From NCBI GenBank assembly GCA_964588955.1, contig CAZPQJ010000001.1, forward strand, positions 10,155 to 74,154: a stretch of 64,000 nt of DNA. The letters run 5' to 3'. The notes under the pieces were generated by a model. It did no database searches. It had not been told where the DNA came from and saw nothing but the letters and a program-made list of their open reading frames with translations. Shown here piece after piece: positions 20,808-29,620 of this stretch. The position numbers and the translations under genes were made by a program. Each line of letters begins with the position of its first letter. Within the stretch, counting starts at the first letter, position 1. This stretch comes from an uncultured Gammaproteobacteria bacterium. GTDB taxonomy: Bacteria; Patescibacteriota; Patescibacteriia; UBA9934; CAMTUG01.

Positions 20808-21047
20808 CTATACAACTCTTAAAAGGATCCCGTCGCGTAAGTTGTTAAAAGCATGACGACCACCCGAGAGAGTGGCCGCCGTGCGTTGGCGAGACCTCGG
20901 ATGGTCGCGTGAGTGGGCTATTGCCAACTCGGCATCGGGTGCGCCGAGCGGATCGAGTTCGAGCTTGTCGCGCTCGACCTCTTTCGCACGTTGGCGGAAG
21001 GCATCGATCAGGGCGTCATCGGACAACTTTTTGGGATCCACGTTCAT
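20808..21047 (-). CDS. hypothetical small protein (doubtful)
   Basis: 79 aa ORF with GC-rich codons; its C-terminus runs through a dispersed repeat and a GC hairpin, so it may be spurious or shorter. Confidence 0.2.
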   Translation of the reverse strand: MNVDPKKLSDDALIDAFRQRAKEVERDKLELDPLGAPDAELAIAHSRDHPRSRQRTAATLSGGRHAFNNLRDGILLRVV

Positions 21048-21243
21048 TTCAGATCAGACTCCGGTTGTGCCTATCCTTTTTGGAGGTAGAGGCGTGTGGA
21101 CGAAGATAGCAGCCTGAAAAGTCGACTTTGACAATCCCTTGACCAAAATCCGACGTTTAGCTATACTCCCAGCGTTCAGAAATCAACGATACGGCATCCA
21201 TGTTTGGTACTTCGGATTTCGTATTTAAGCATTTTCTCAAGCT

Positions 21244-21471
21244 ATGGCACTTCCGATTAAGCATCACAACAAACATTCTAAAGGGAACCGTCGCTCCCAC
21301 CACGCCCTCAAAAAGGTGAACCTCACCAAATGCGGGAAGTGTGGAGAACCGATCAAGCCCCACTACATGTGCAAGGCTTGCGGCAACTACAACGGTCGCA
21401 CGGTGGTCAACACCGGAGCCCGCGCGGAGAAGACCTTGAAGAAAAAGGCTCCTGCCAAAAAAGAAGCCTAA
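21244..21471 (+). CDS. rpmF: 50S ribosomal protein L32
   Basis: 75 aa; RRSHHAL...CxKCGEP...H..C..CG.Y.GR zinc-ribbon pattern of L32. Confidence 0.8.
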   Translation: MALPIKHHNKHSKGNRRSHHALKKVNLTKCGKCGEPIKPHYMCKACGNYNGRTVVNTGARAEKTLKKKAPAKKEA

Positions 21472-21505
21472 GCGCTTCTTTTTTGCTATACTTGACTCGT
21501 TCTTT

Positions 21506-21961
21506 ATGTCTAATCGCCATCTTTCGCGTACCATCGCCATGCAGTCACTCTATGAGTGGGATTTTTCCAGCTCGCCCATGGAACGGCTATCAGAAATTGT
21601 CGCCTACAACAAAGCGGAGTTCGCTCCCGATTTTGACGACGGTGGGTATATTTTAGAAACCGTTAATCAAGTTGCTCAACGTCAAAAGGAGTTGGATACC
21701 ATTATTACCCAATTTGCCCCGGACTGGCCGATTGCCAACATGACGGTGATTGATCGCAATATTTTGCGTCTTGGCACCTACGAGCTGAAATATAATTTGG
21801 CTATTCCTTCCAAGGTGGCGATCAACGAAGCGATTGAACTAGGTAAAACGTTTGGGGGAGACGCCTCTGGTAAGTTTGTGAACGGCGTACTCGGAGCGAT
21901 TTTTAAAGACATGGTTGCTAATGGCCAATTGAAAGGGGTCGATGCGGTTAAAGAAGAATAA
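21506..21961 (+). CDS. nusB: transcription antitermination factor NusB
   Basis: 151 aa; [18 protein letters not shown]-terminus and all-helical NusB pattern. Confidence 0.75.
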   Translation: MSNRHLSRTIAMQSLYEWDFSSSPMERLSEIVAYNKAEFAPDFDDGGYILETVNQVAQRQKELDTIITQFAPDWPIANMTVIDRNILRLGTYELKYNLAIPSKVAINEAIELGKTFGGDASGKFVNGVLGAIFKDMVANGQLKGVDAVKEE

Positions 21962-21964
21962 TCT

Positions 21965-22681
21965 ATGGACGAACAAGAAAAAAATCCTATGGAGCGGGAT
22001 TTGAGCGGCTTGGAAGCGGCGATCGGCGTGGCGTTTAAGAATAAGGAATTGATTCGCCAGGCGGTGGTGCATCGCTCGTATTTGAATGAGCACCCCGATT
22101 TTCCGCTAGGTCAAAACGAGCGCTTGGAGTTTTTGGGCGATGCTGTTCTTGAGCTTGTGGTGACGGAGCACTTATTTAACACGTACAACAACCCGGAGGG
22201 GGAGCTCACTAACTGGCGGGCGGCACTGGTCAACGCGGATATTTTGTCGGCCATTTGTAAGGCCATTGGAGTAGAGCCGTATTTGTACTTGTCGCGCGGG
22301 GAACAAAAAGATGCGGAGAGTAAAGCCCGTCGTTACATTTTGGCGAACGCGTTTGAGTCGGTGGTGGGAGCGATTTATTTGGATCAAGGCTGGGAGGCCT
22401 CGAAGACGTTTATCCATCGCTTTGTCCTCGACAAGTTGCCTTACATTATTGAACACAAACTGTACATTGATCCCAAGAGTCGCTTTCAAGAAGCGGCCCA
22501 GTCGCACGCCGGAGTGACGCCGAGTTATCGCGTGATTTCGGAAGAGGGGCCAGATCACCAAAAGTTGTTCGAGGTGGCGGTGATGATCGACAAAGAAGAA
22601 GTGGCTCGAGGCAAAGGCACCAGCAAGCATGAGGCACAAGTCGCCGCCGCCGAAGCCGCGTTGGCGGTGAAGGGGTGGTAA
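21965..22681 (+). CDS. rnc: ribonuclease III
   Basis: 238 aa; RNase III signature ERLEFLGDAVLELVVTEHLF; C-terminal dsRBD. Confidence 0.9.
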   Translation: MDEQEKNPMERDLSGLEAAIGVAFKNKELIRQAVVHRSYLNEHPDFPLGQNERLEFLGDAVLELVVTEHLFNTYNNPEGELTNWRAALVNADILSAICKAIGVEPYLYLSRGEQKDAESKARRYILANAFESVVGAIYLDQGWEASKTFIHRFVLDKLPYIIEHKLYIDPKSRFQEAAQSHAGVTPSYRVISEEGPDHQKLFEVAVMIDKEEVARGKGTSKHEAQVAAAEAALAVKGW

Positions 22682-22724
22682 AAGAAACAAACAAAAAACC
22701 GTCACGACGATCGTGATGGTTTTT

Positions 22725-22801
22725 TGGTGCGGGCGGAGGGATTTGAACCCCCTACCTCCTGGTTCGAAGCCAGGCGCTCTATCCAAATGAGCTACGCCCG
22801 C
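22725..22801 (-). tRNA. tRNA-Arg (anticodon TCG)
   Basis: Reverse complement GCGGGCGTAGCTCATTTGGATAGAGCGCCTGGCTTCGAACCAGGAGGTAGGGGGTTCAAATCCCTCCGCCCGCACCA; anticodon loop CTTCGAA; encoded CCA. Confidence 0.85.
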
Positions 22802-23004
22802 ATGGGCGGAAGGATACGGAAAATCTTGACGCGCGTCAATTATCTTGGCATACTACCCGCGGATTTCGTATTTGTGGTTTGCAGAAAAACTTCAGCTGCA
22901 AGGCACGGGACAGTGAGGGAGGAGACGTACGACCCGTACGTTGACGACCGAGCAGGACCCCGTAACGCAGCAGATGAAGGAATTTCTGCGAACCATCCTA
23001 ATAT

Positions 23005-23079
23005 GCGTCGGTAGCTCAGTGGTAGAGCAGGGGCCTCTTAAGCCCAAGGTCGTGGGTCCGATCCCCACCCGACGCACCA
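23005..23079 (+). tRNA. tRNA-Lys (anticodon CTT)
   Basis: GCGTCGGTAGCTCAGTGGTAGAGCAGGGGCCTCTTAAGCCCAAGGTCGTGGGTCCGATCCCCACCCGACGCACCA; anticodon loop CTCTTAA; 27-43 mismatch and unusual T-loop TCCGATC; followed by a hairpin plus T-run terminator at 23081..23112. Confidence 0.7.
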
Positions 23080-23132
23080 AAAGTCTCTCTGTTTTGACAG
23101 AGAGGTTTTTGTTGCGTACACTGTGCATCATT

Positions 23133-23330
23133 ATGCTAGCGATTTTAATTTTGGCCATTGTTCTTATTGCCGTTCCGGTGCTTGGATTTGTGACGGCTGG
23201 TTGCATCATGCTGTACAAGTGTTTGATGGAAGATGCTCCTGCGGGATTATTTGGCGGACTCATGTTGTCGGTAGGGCTTGGGTTCGTGTTGTTGGGTGTG
23301 TATTTCGGATTGTTGTACGCGCAAGCGTAG
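23133..23330 (+). CDS. small hydrophobic membrane peptide (tentative)
   Basis: 66 aa, two TM helices; the annotated 22941.. ORF is truncated to the first Met after the tRNA because the longer ORF overlaps tRNA-Lys. Confidence 0.3.
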   Translation: MLAILILAIVLIAVPVLGFVTAGCIMLYKCLMEDAPAGLFGGLMLSVGLGFVLLGVYFGLLYAQA

Positions 23331-23374
23331 AAACAAAAAAAGACCGGCGTGATGCCGGTCTTTTTTTGTTTGCG

Positions 23375-24199
23375 TTAGGTGTGCCGTTCGTAACGGTATT
23401 TGGCGGAACCTTTGGCCACAAGGGCACAGATGAGAAAACAAATGATGGCAGAAAGGACAATTGTTCCACCGCTGGCAAGATTGAAGTAGAACGAGGCCAT
23501 AAGTCCCACGATGGTTGAGACGATAGAAAAAGCCACCGCCCATTCCCAGGTTGCTCTAAATCCTAATCGGAATTGCATTGCCGCCAGGACAGGGATCACC
23601 ATTAACGCGCCGATTAATAACACCCCCACGACGTTCATGGAAATGGCGATGGTGGCGGCACCGAGGACGGCGAGAATGCGGTTAAGTGCTTTGACCGGTA
23701 AACCGTTGGCTTCGGCTGTGTCTTCATCAAGACTCACGGAGAATAGCGGGCGCCACAGCAATAAGGTAACAAGAAAAGCCACGCTGCCAATTACAGCCAC
23801 GGAAAGAATATCCGCCGTGCTTACCGTAATAATGTTGCCGAACAAATAGTTGACGACGTTTACATTTTTGCCGTGGCTGAGTCCTAGCATCACTACTCCG
23901 GCGGCCAAACCGCCAAACAAAAACAGAGAGACGATCGTGTCTGGGGGGAGCACACGTTTTTCGCGCAAGTGTTCAATGCCAAGCACAGAGGCGATAGAAA
24001 CAACGAGCGCGGTGGGAATAGCGGCGGTACCGGCCAGTAAGCTGGCAGCCACCCCGGCAAGCGACACGTGGGCTAAGGTGTCGGCCATAGAGGAATAGCG
24101 GCGTACCACAAAGAAGATGCCAATGGTGGGCGCCACCACAGCTACGATGAGGCCGACGGCCAGCGCGCGGCGCATGAAATCAAGAGCGAGGAAATCCAT
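23375..24199 (-). CDS. znuB: zinc/manganese ABC transporter permease (ABC-3 family)
   Basis: 274 aa polytopic membrane protein typical of ZnuB/TroC. Confidence 0.8.
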   Translation of the reverse strand: MDFLALDFMRRALAVGLIVAVVAPTIGIFFVVRRYSSMADTLAHVSLAGVAASLLAGTAAIPTALVVSIASVLGIEHLREKRVLPPDTIVSLFLFGGLAAGVVMLGLSHGKNVNVVNYLFGNIITVSTADILSVAVIGSVAFLVTLLLWRPLFSVSLDEDTAEANGLPVKALNRILAVLGAATIAISMNVVGVLLIGALMVIPVLAAMQFRLGFRATWEWAVAFSIVSTIVGLMASFYFNLASGGTIVLSAIICFLICALVAKGSAKYRYERHT

Positions 24200-24200
24200 A

Positions 24201-24926
24201 TTAGGTGTCGTGATGCGCTAAAATTTCTTCCCGATCCGGGTGGAACAAATCACGTAGTTTTTCTTGCCCGATCACACAGGCTTTGTGGCCGTGGCAGACA
24301 AGTTGGTGTTTCAAACAAATGGCCGAGCGGGCTTCTTCGGCTACCGTGTGCACATCGTGGGTCACAAAAATGATGGTAAGTCCGCTTTGGTTCAATTTGC
24401 GTAACAGGGCGTAGAAGGCATCGCGTGAAGTGGGGTCGAGTCCGTCGACTGGCTCATCTAAAAACAAGATTTTGGGTTCACGGGCGATGGCACGGGTTAG
24501 CAAAACTTTTTGGCGTTCGCCCCCGGAGAGACGGCTCATGGGGCGCTTCATGAGATGCTGGACGTTCATTTCTTTCACGACGCGTTTCATCACCCGCTCG
24601 TTTAATGCGCCTGAGCGAATCACCTCCTCTACCGTGGCTGGAAATTGAGCATCAAGATTACCCCCGCGCTGTGCGACGTAACCAAGCTGTTCGCGTACGC
24701 GGCGATCCGTTGGTGCGCCGCCAAGAATTTCAATGGCACCGTGGGTTGGACGCATGAGCCCGAGTAGTAAACGCAACAAGGTTGTCTTTCCGCCGCCGTT
24801 TGGTCCGATCACGCCCACGTAATCGCCGGCGCGCACGTCAAAAGAGAAGTCGTGGATAATATCCTCGCCGTTGCGTTCGAAGGTGAGATCTTCGACATGA
24901 ATGACAATGCGGTTTTTTACCGACAT
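24201..24926 (-). CDS. znuC: zinc ABC transporter ATP-binding protein
   Basis: 241 aa; Walker A GPNGGGKTTLL, ABC signature LSGGERQ, Walker B ILFLDEP. Confidence 0.85.
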   Translation of the reverse strand: MSVKNRIVIHVEDLTFERNGEDIIHDFSFDVRAGDYVGVIGPNGGGKTTLLRLLLGLMRPTHGAIEILGGAPTDRRVREQLGYVAQRGGNLDAQFPATVEEVIRSGALNERVMKRVVKEMNVQHLMKRPMSRLSGGERQKVLLTRAIAREPKILFLDEPVDGLDPTSRDAFYALLRKLNQSGLTIIFVTHDVHTVAEEARSAICLKHQLVCHGHKACVIGQEKLRDLFHPDREEILAHHDT

Positions 24927-25816
24927 AGCATTCCTATACGTAGGTTATTGAGATTTTCCTCCATAACAGTCAGATAGGTTTTGCCTTGCGCCATTTCGTC
25001 TTCGTTTAATCCTTCAAGAGGATTGAAGACAAGTGTTTGGGCGCCAACTTCACGTGCGAGTGCTTCAGCAAGCTTTGGGCTCACTAATGTTTCAAAGTAA
25101 ATATACTTGATGTTGTGTTCTTTGGCTATTTGGGTGATGTCAGCTAAGCGTCCGGCGGAGGGTTCGTCTTCGGGAGAAAGACCGGTGATGGGCACCACGG
25201 TAAACTGGTATTCATTTGCGAGATAGGTAAGGGCTGCGTGCGATGTGACAACATAGCGATTATCGCAGTCCGCAAGACCCGTACGATAATTATTGTCGAG
25301 CGCGGAAAGATGTTGTGCGTAGGATTGCGCTTGTTCGGTAAATGGTGTTGTTGCAACGGGGTTCGCTTTGATGAACGTGTCGCGAATAATAGTGATTTCT
25401 TGTGTGGCAAGAACGGGATCAAGCCAGAAGTGCGGGTCGTCATAGTGGGCGTCGATGCTCTGAGACATATTCACGACGCGCGTGCCCTTTGCGGCAACGT
25501 CTTCAGCGATTCGTTCTGCCCAAGCATCTACACCGTTGCCGTTGTAGAGAAACACATCGGCAGCATAGATTGCCTGAAGTTGTTGTGCAGTCGGTTCGTA
25601 ATCGTGCGGTTCTGTTCCTGCTGGAGTAATGGTGTTCACGTTGACTGCCTCGCCACCGACCTGACGAGCAAACTCGGCTAGTGGATAGAAGCTGGCCACA
25701 ACACGGATCGTTTCTTTTGCTGGCGCGTTGGTGGTTGTCGTGTTTGGTCTCAGCAACAGAATGATCACGACGATGAGGACACCGAGAGCAGCAAGGAGAG
25801 GGAGATGTCTACGCAT
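24917..25816 (-). CDS. znuA: periplasmic zinc-binding protein (ZnuA/TroA family)
   Basis: 299 aa; N-terminal signal/TM; cluster-9 solute-binding protein pattern with His-rich metal site (HDYEP, HFWLDP). Confidence 0.8.
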   Translation of the reverse strand: MRRHLPLLAALGVLIVVIILLLRPNTTTTNAPAKETIRVVASFYPLAEFARQVGGEAVNVNTITPAGTEPHDYEPTAQQLQAIYAADVFLYNGNGVDAWAERIAEDVAAKGTRVVNMSQSIDAHYDDPHFWLDPVLATQEITIIRDTFIKANPVATTPFTEQAQSYAQHLSALDNNYRTGLADCDNRYVVTSHAALTYLANEYQFTVVPITGLSPEDEPSAGRLADITQIAKEHNIKYIYFETLVSPKLAEALAREVGAQTLVFNPLEGLNEDEMAQGKTYLTVMEENLNNLRIGMLCR

Positions 25817-25827
25817 AAGTCAGAATG

Positions 25828-26229
25828 TTACGAGCACTGTGTGCAGCGTCCTTCAAACAAGAGTTGATGGGCGGTGATTTTAATCGGTATCCTTGATGCT
25901 GGTTTTGGATCGGCACAGGGGACGCACTGATAGGTTCCGCAGTTGGTGCACTTTAGATGATCGTGGTGTTTATCGTTGGCGCGTTCGTAGACAGGTTGCT
26001 TGCCATCGTCGAGGGCGATTTGGATGAGCCCGCGTTCTTTTAGGTGGTTGAGATTACGTCGAAGAGTTGTCATGTTGCCCCATTTTGGACCGAGACTGTG
26101 CCAGAGTTGGTTGGCTGTCCAGGCACGGGTCATGGAGAGGAGTTTTTCTAGAAGGGCGTGTTTTTGTTTGGTGGTGCGCTCTGAAATCTCCGTAAAGAGT
26201 TCTTCAATGTCGCAATAGTGTTGTGGCAT
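25828..26229 (-). CDS. zur: Fur-family metalloregulator, probably Zur
   Basis: 133 aa; winged helix plus HHDHLKCTNCG...C..C Fur-family metal-site motifs; first gene of the znu cluster. Confidence 0.7.
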   Translation of the reverse strand: MPQHYCDIEELFTEISERTTKQKHALLEKLLSMTRAWTANQLWHSLGPKWGNMTTLRRNLNHLKERGLIQIALDDGKQPVYERANDKHHDHLKCTNCGTYQCVPCADPKPASRIPIKITAHQLLFEGRCTQCS

Positions 26230-26256
26230 AGGTATTTGATCGACCGCCTACTGTTT

Positions 26257-26282
26257 CTTATTGCATTTCGAAATGCAATAAG
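26257..26282. promoter_or_regulatory. 26-bp perfect palindrome, candidate Zur operator 1
   Basis: CTTATTGCATTTC|GAAATGCAATAAG, 28 bp upstream of the zur start codon and overlapping the likely promoter. Confidence 0.6.
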
Positions 26283-26412
26283 GGCGGTGGGAAAGGTGAG
26301 CCGTTTTTTGTCCTTTTTGGTCAACTTTATCTCTTAAATTAGACAAAAGATGGCAGTTTGTGACGAAAATGATCTGTTTTGGCCCCCAAAGTGGGGACGA
26401 AATAAGTATACC

Positions 26413-26438
26413 CTTATTGCATTCTGAAATGCAATAAG
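26413..26438. promoter_or_regulatory. near-identical second palindrome, candidate Zur operator 2
   Basis: CTTATTGCATTCTGAAATGCAATAAG (one central mismatch), 156 bp from operator 1 and about 220 bp upstream of proS. Confidence 0.5.
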
Positions 26439-26656
26439 GAGGGTGGGGGTATCAGCCGAAGGGTATCAAATCCATACTGTCCGCGACCTATGCTCTTCCG
26501 ACCAACACGTTTCCGACCAACTGCCACAACAATGACAACCCGCCCATCTCCTAAAAGGATCCCGTCCGACCCCCAGCCTCTAAAAGGCCTCGAACCGACC
26601 CAGTCCGCCAAGCCTGCTTAACAGATCAGCCCCAATACGCTAGACTAGCAATCACT

Positions 26657-27940
26657 ATGAAGTACTCACGTTTCTTCGGAAAAACTAACAAGAATGCCCC
26701 ACACGATGCCGATTCGGCTAATGCGCGTTTCCTTATTCAAGGAGGCTTTGTTAATCAGCTTGCCGCTGGTATCTATACGTACCTGCCACTCGGTCTGCGC
26801 GTCATTACCAAAATCAAACAGATTGTTCGTGAAGAAATGAACGCCATTGATAGTAACGAAATTTTGATGCCGGCACTTATTCCAAAAGACCCCTGGATGA
26901 CCACGGGGCGTTGGGACAAGATCGATGTTCTGTTTAAGCTTGAAGGAGCCGGAGAAAAAGAATACGCGCTTGGACCAACCCACGAAGAAGTCGTCACGCC
27001 ACTTGTTCAGCAGTTTGTGAAGTCGTACAAAGATCTCCCCGTTTCGGTTTATCAGATTCAAGACAAGTTTCGCAACGAAGCTCGCGCCAAGTCTGGTTTG
27101 CTCCGTGGCCGCGAGTTTGCCATGAAGGACATGTACAGCTTTCATCGTACGTCGGAAGACTTAGAGGCTTACTACGAACGAGCCCAGGGTGCTTACGCCA
27201 ATGTATTTGCCCGCCTTGGCCTCAATGCTATTTTGACCGAGGCATCTGGCGGCGTGTTCTCGAAGTATTCGCATGAATATCAAGTGGCCACGCCGTATGG
27301 GGAAGATTTGATTTATGTTTGCGATGCCTGCGGATCTTCGCAGAACCGCGAGATCACTGAGGCTAAAGACGGCGACAGCTGCGGCAAGTGCGGAAAAGGA
27401 ACGATCAAAGAAGTCAAAGCGATCGAGGTGGGTAACATCTTCAAACTCTCCACCCGTTTCGCCGATGACTTCGGATTTACGACCACAGATGAAGAAGGGA
27501 AACAAGGGCAAGTATGGATGGGCTGCTACGGCATTGGCATCTCGCGCCTTGCAGGGTCGATTGTGGAGATCCATCACGATGATAATGGAATCATTTGGCC
27601 AAAGAGCGTGGCGCCGTTTAGTGTACAGTTGGTGAGCTTGCGGTCGAAAGATGAAGCGGTGATGCAGCGCATTTTGGAGACGGCGGAATCGTTGCATGCG
27701 GACTTGGAAAAAGCGGGTGTGGAAGTGCTGTGGGACGATCGCGAAGCGGCTTCACCGGGAGAGAAGTTCGCCGACGCGGATTTAATCGGTATTCCTCTGC
27801 GCATTGTGGTTTCAGAAAAAACCTTGAAAGAAGAGGCGGTGGAATGGAAAGAACGTCATGTGGCAGATTCGATGCTGGTTAAGCTCGACGACGCCATGGA
27901 AAAAATCTTGAGCTTCGTTAACGAACCCGCCGCGGAATAA
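26657..27940 (+). CDS. proS: prolyl-tRNA synthetase (short form without editing domain, with CxxC...CxxC insertion)
   Basis: 427 aa; class II aaRS motifs, ProRS-type catalytic core and C-terminal anticodon-binding domain; CDACG...CGKCGKG zinc-ribbon-like insert. Confidence 0.9.
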   Translation: MKYSRFFGKTNKNAPHDADSANARFLIQGGFVNQLAAGIYTYLPLGLRVITKIKQIVREEMNAIDSNEILMPALIPKDPWMTTGRWDKIDVLFKLEGAGEKEYALGPTHEEVVTPLVQQFVKSYKDLPVSVYQIQDKFRNEARAKSGLLRGREFAMKDMYSFHRTSEDLEAYYERAQGAYANVFARLGLNAILTEASGGVFSKYSHEYQVATPYGEDLIYVCDACGSSQNREITEAKDGDSCGKCGKGTIKEVKAIEVGNIFKLSTRFADDFGFTTTDEEGKQGQVWMGCYGIGISRLAGSIVEIHHDDNGIIWPKSVAPFSVQLVSLRSKDEAVMQRILETAESLHADLEKAGVEVLWDDREAASPGEKFADADLIGIPLRIVVSEKTLKEEAVEWKERHVADSMLVKLDDAMEKILSFVNEPAAE

Positions 27941-27953
27941 ATTGTCGTGTATA

Positions 27954-27980
27954 GGCGGGGCTACCACGCCCCGCTTTTTT
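27954..27980. terminator. GC-rich hairpin plus T6 terminator (member of a dispersed hairpin family)
   Basis: GGCGGGGC-TACCAC-GCCCCGC followed by TTTTTT, 14 nt after the proS stop. Confidence 0.7.
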
Positions 27981-27988
27981 GTATTAGG

Positions 27989-29170
27989 ATGGACCCGCTC
28001 TCTATCGATCGCCCAAGCCCGCCGCCGCCATGTTGGCCTACGCGGATCACCTTGATCGTGCCAGAGCTGGAACCCACCATGCCCCGTCCTGAAAACACCC
28101 GTGATGCCCTGGTTGCCCTTCACCAGATCGGCGACGACGTTCTGGCCCGCGAGCTGCCGACCCGCTCCGACCAGCTCCGGCGCTTCCAGTCCAACCCCGA
28201 CGCCTGTCTGAGTGATCTGTGTCGCGGGGTTGAGTGGATCAACGGCTCCATCCAGGATCTTATGGTCACTCCCGACGGCAGGCCGGCCTGGATCGGAAAG
28301 CACCACGACCTCCTGGTTCTGATGGTCGACGGCAAGCCGTGGCCGCTCAGCTTCGATACCGGCGTAAGTCCCACGAGTAGGACTGATGCCGGTATCGTCT
28401 CAGCTGAACTGTTCGGCTTCACCAGCGTTGCTCCTGTTGGTGAACCGATTGTCCTTCTGCGTCACGAAAGTCGTGGCGCTGTGATCTACATTGGCAACAT
28501 GCCGGTGTGGGATGGAAATCTTCACAATGTCGGTGTTCGGATTCTTCCGCACACCCCCGCTCCGACGCTTGTCATTTGGGGGTTGAAGGACGCTGAAGGT
28601 GGGATTGCTGCCCATGCCGAGGCTTTTCTCTGGAAGCCTGTCGCACTCGGTCAACTCGGCTCCTGGTCGAGCGAGATCCTTTCCTGCTTCGGCCTGAGCG
28701 CGGATGAACTGTTCGTCAAGTTCGAACGCCACCAAGGCCTCGGACCGAAGAACGCGAGCAAGCCCCGCGGCCTCCACTCCCTGCGTTTCGGTCGCGAAGT
28801 ACCCATCGATGCAGACGTCCTCGACATCGTGACGGCGAGGGACGGGAGTATGCGTATTCTTGCGCAGAGCCGTGAGTGTGTTCTGGGGATGTACAATTTC
28901 TTTGTGAGTGATGATGGACCCCAAGTGCGGTTCATTGACGATGTTCGGATCCCCGCGCCGTATCGTGGCGGCTACAAGCATATCGATCGATACCCGGCCT
29001 ACAAAGTCGATCTGCGCCATCAGCAGGTAGCCTGGGTCGTCGGACGCAACGTCGTCCAGCCGGCCATGAACCAGGTGACGGATCTGTTCGAACATCCCAT
29101 GCATGGCTGGTGCTACTGGGGGTCGGTTCGACAGCAACTCTTCCTCATGAAAGTCGACTTCGACGAATAA
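27989..29170 (+). CDS. hypothetical protein, high-GC orphan
   Basis: About 393 aa with GC-rich third positions; start uncertain (27989 or 28079); no recognisable motif. Confidence 0.45.
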   Translation: MDPLSIDRPSPPPPCWPTRITLIVPELEPTMPRPENTRDALVALHQIGDDVLARELPTRSDQLRRFQSNPDACLSDLCRGVEWINGSIQDLMVTPDGRPAWIGKHHDLLVLMVDGKPWPLSFDTGVSPTSRTDAGIVSAELFGFTSVAPVGEPIVLLRHESRGAVIYIGNMPVWDGNLHNVGVRILPHTPAPTLVIWGLKDAEGGIAAHAEAFLWKPVALGQLGSWSSEILSCFGLSADELFVKFERHQGLGPKNASKPRGLHSLRFGREVPIDADVLDIVTARDGSMRILAQSRECVLGMYNFFVSDDGPQVRFIDDVRIPAPYRGGYKHIDRYPAYKVDLRHQQVAWVVGRNVVQPAMNQVTDLFEHPMHGWCYWGSVRQQLFLMKVDFDE

Positions 29171-29252
29171 CCGGCGCCACTTCACGGCGCGCGCGACAAC
29201 AAACGACCGACGGCCGCTCTAGGCCATCGGTCGTCGATTTTTTTGTGACACG

Positions 29253-29588
29253 TTACATTTGGGTGGTTGGAGCGGCGGCGGGAGCGGTGGAGGAAGCGCC
29301 GACTTTGCGTTTGCCTTTCAAGGAATCCTTGAGGGCTTTGCCAGCTTTGAATTTTGGCACGGTGACCGAAGGAATATCGATCGTCTCGCTCGGATTTTGT
29401 GGGTTGACCCCTTTGCGGCCGGCACGCTCTCGTGCGGAGAAAGTGCCAAATCCGGCAATGGTCACTTCGCCGCCAGCCACCAATTCGGCAGTGATGATTT
29501 CTTCAAACAATTCCACTACATCTTCAGCGGTTTTTTTGGGGAGGTTTAAGCGTGCGGCAATGCGATTGGCGAGTTCTGCCTTGTTCAT
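29253..29588 (-). CDS. hup: HU family DNA-binding protein with Lys/Ala-rich C-terminal tail
   Basis: 111 aa; MNKAELANRIA...GFGTFSARERAGRKGVNPQN matches the HU/IHF fold. Confidence 0.85.
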   Translation of the reverse strand: MNKAELANRIAARLNLPKKTAEDVVELFEEIITAELVAGGEVTIAGFGTFSARERAGRKGVNPQNPSETIDIPSVTVPKFKAGKALKDSLKGKRKVGASSTAPAAAPTTQM

Positions 29589-29620
29589 AGTTGTTCATGA
29601 TAATTTCTCCAAGTCTAGCA

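Noticed and set aside
22941-23330. 129 aa + strand ORF
   Set aside because: Its 5' half overlaps tRNA-Lys and its terminator; only the downstream 66-codon hydrophobic segment is kept, tentatively.
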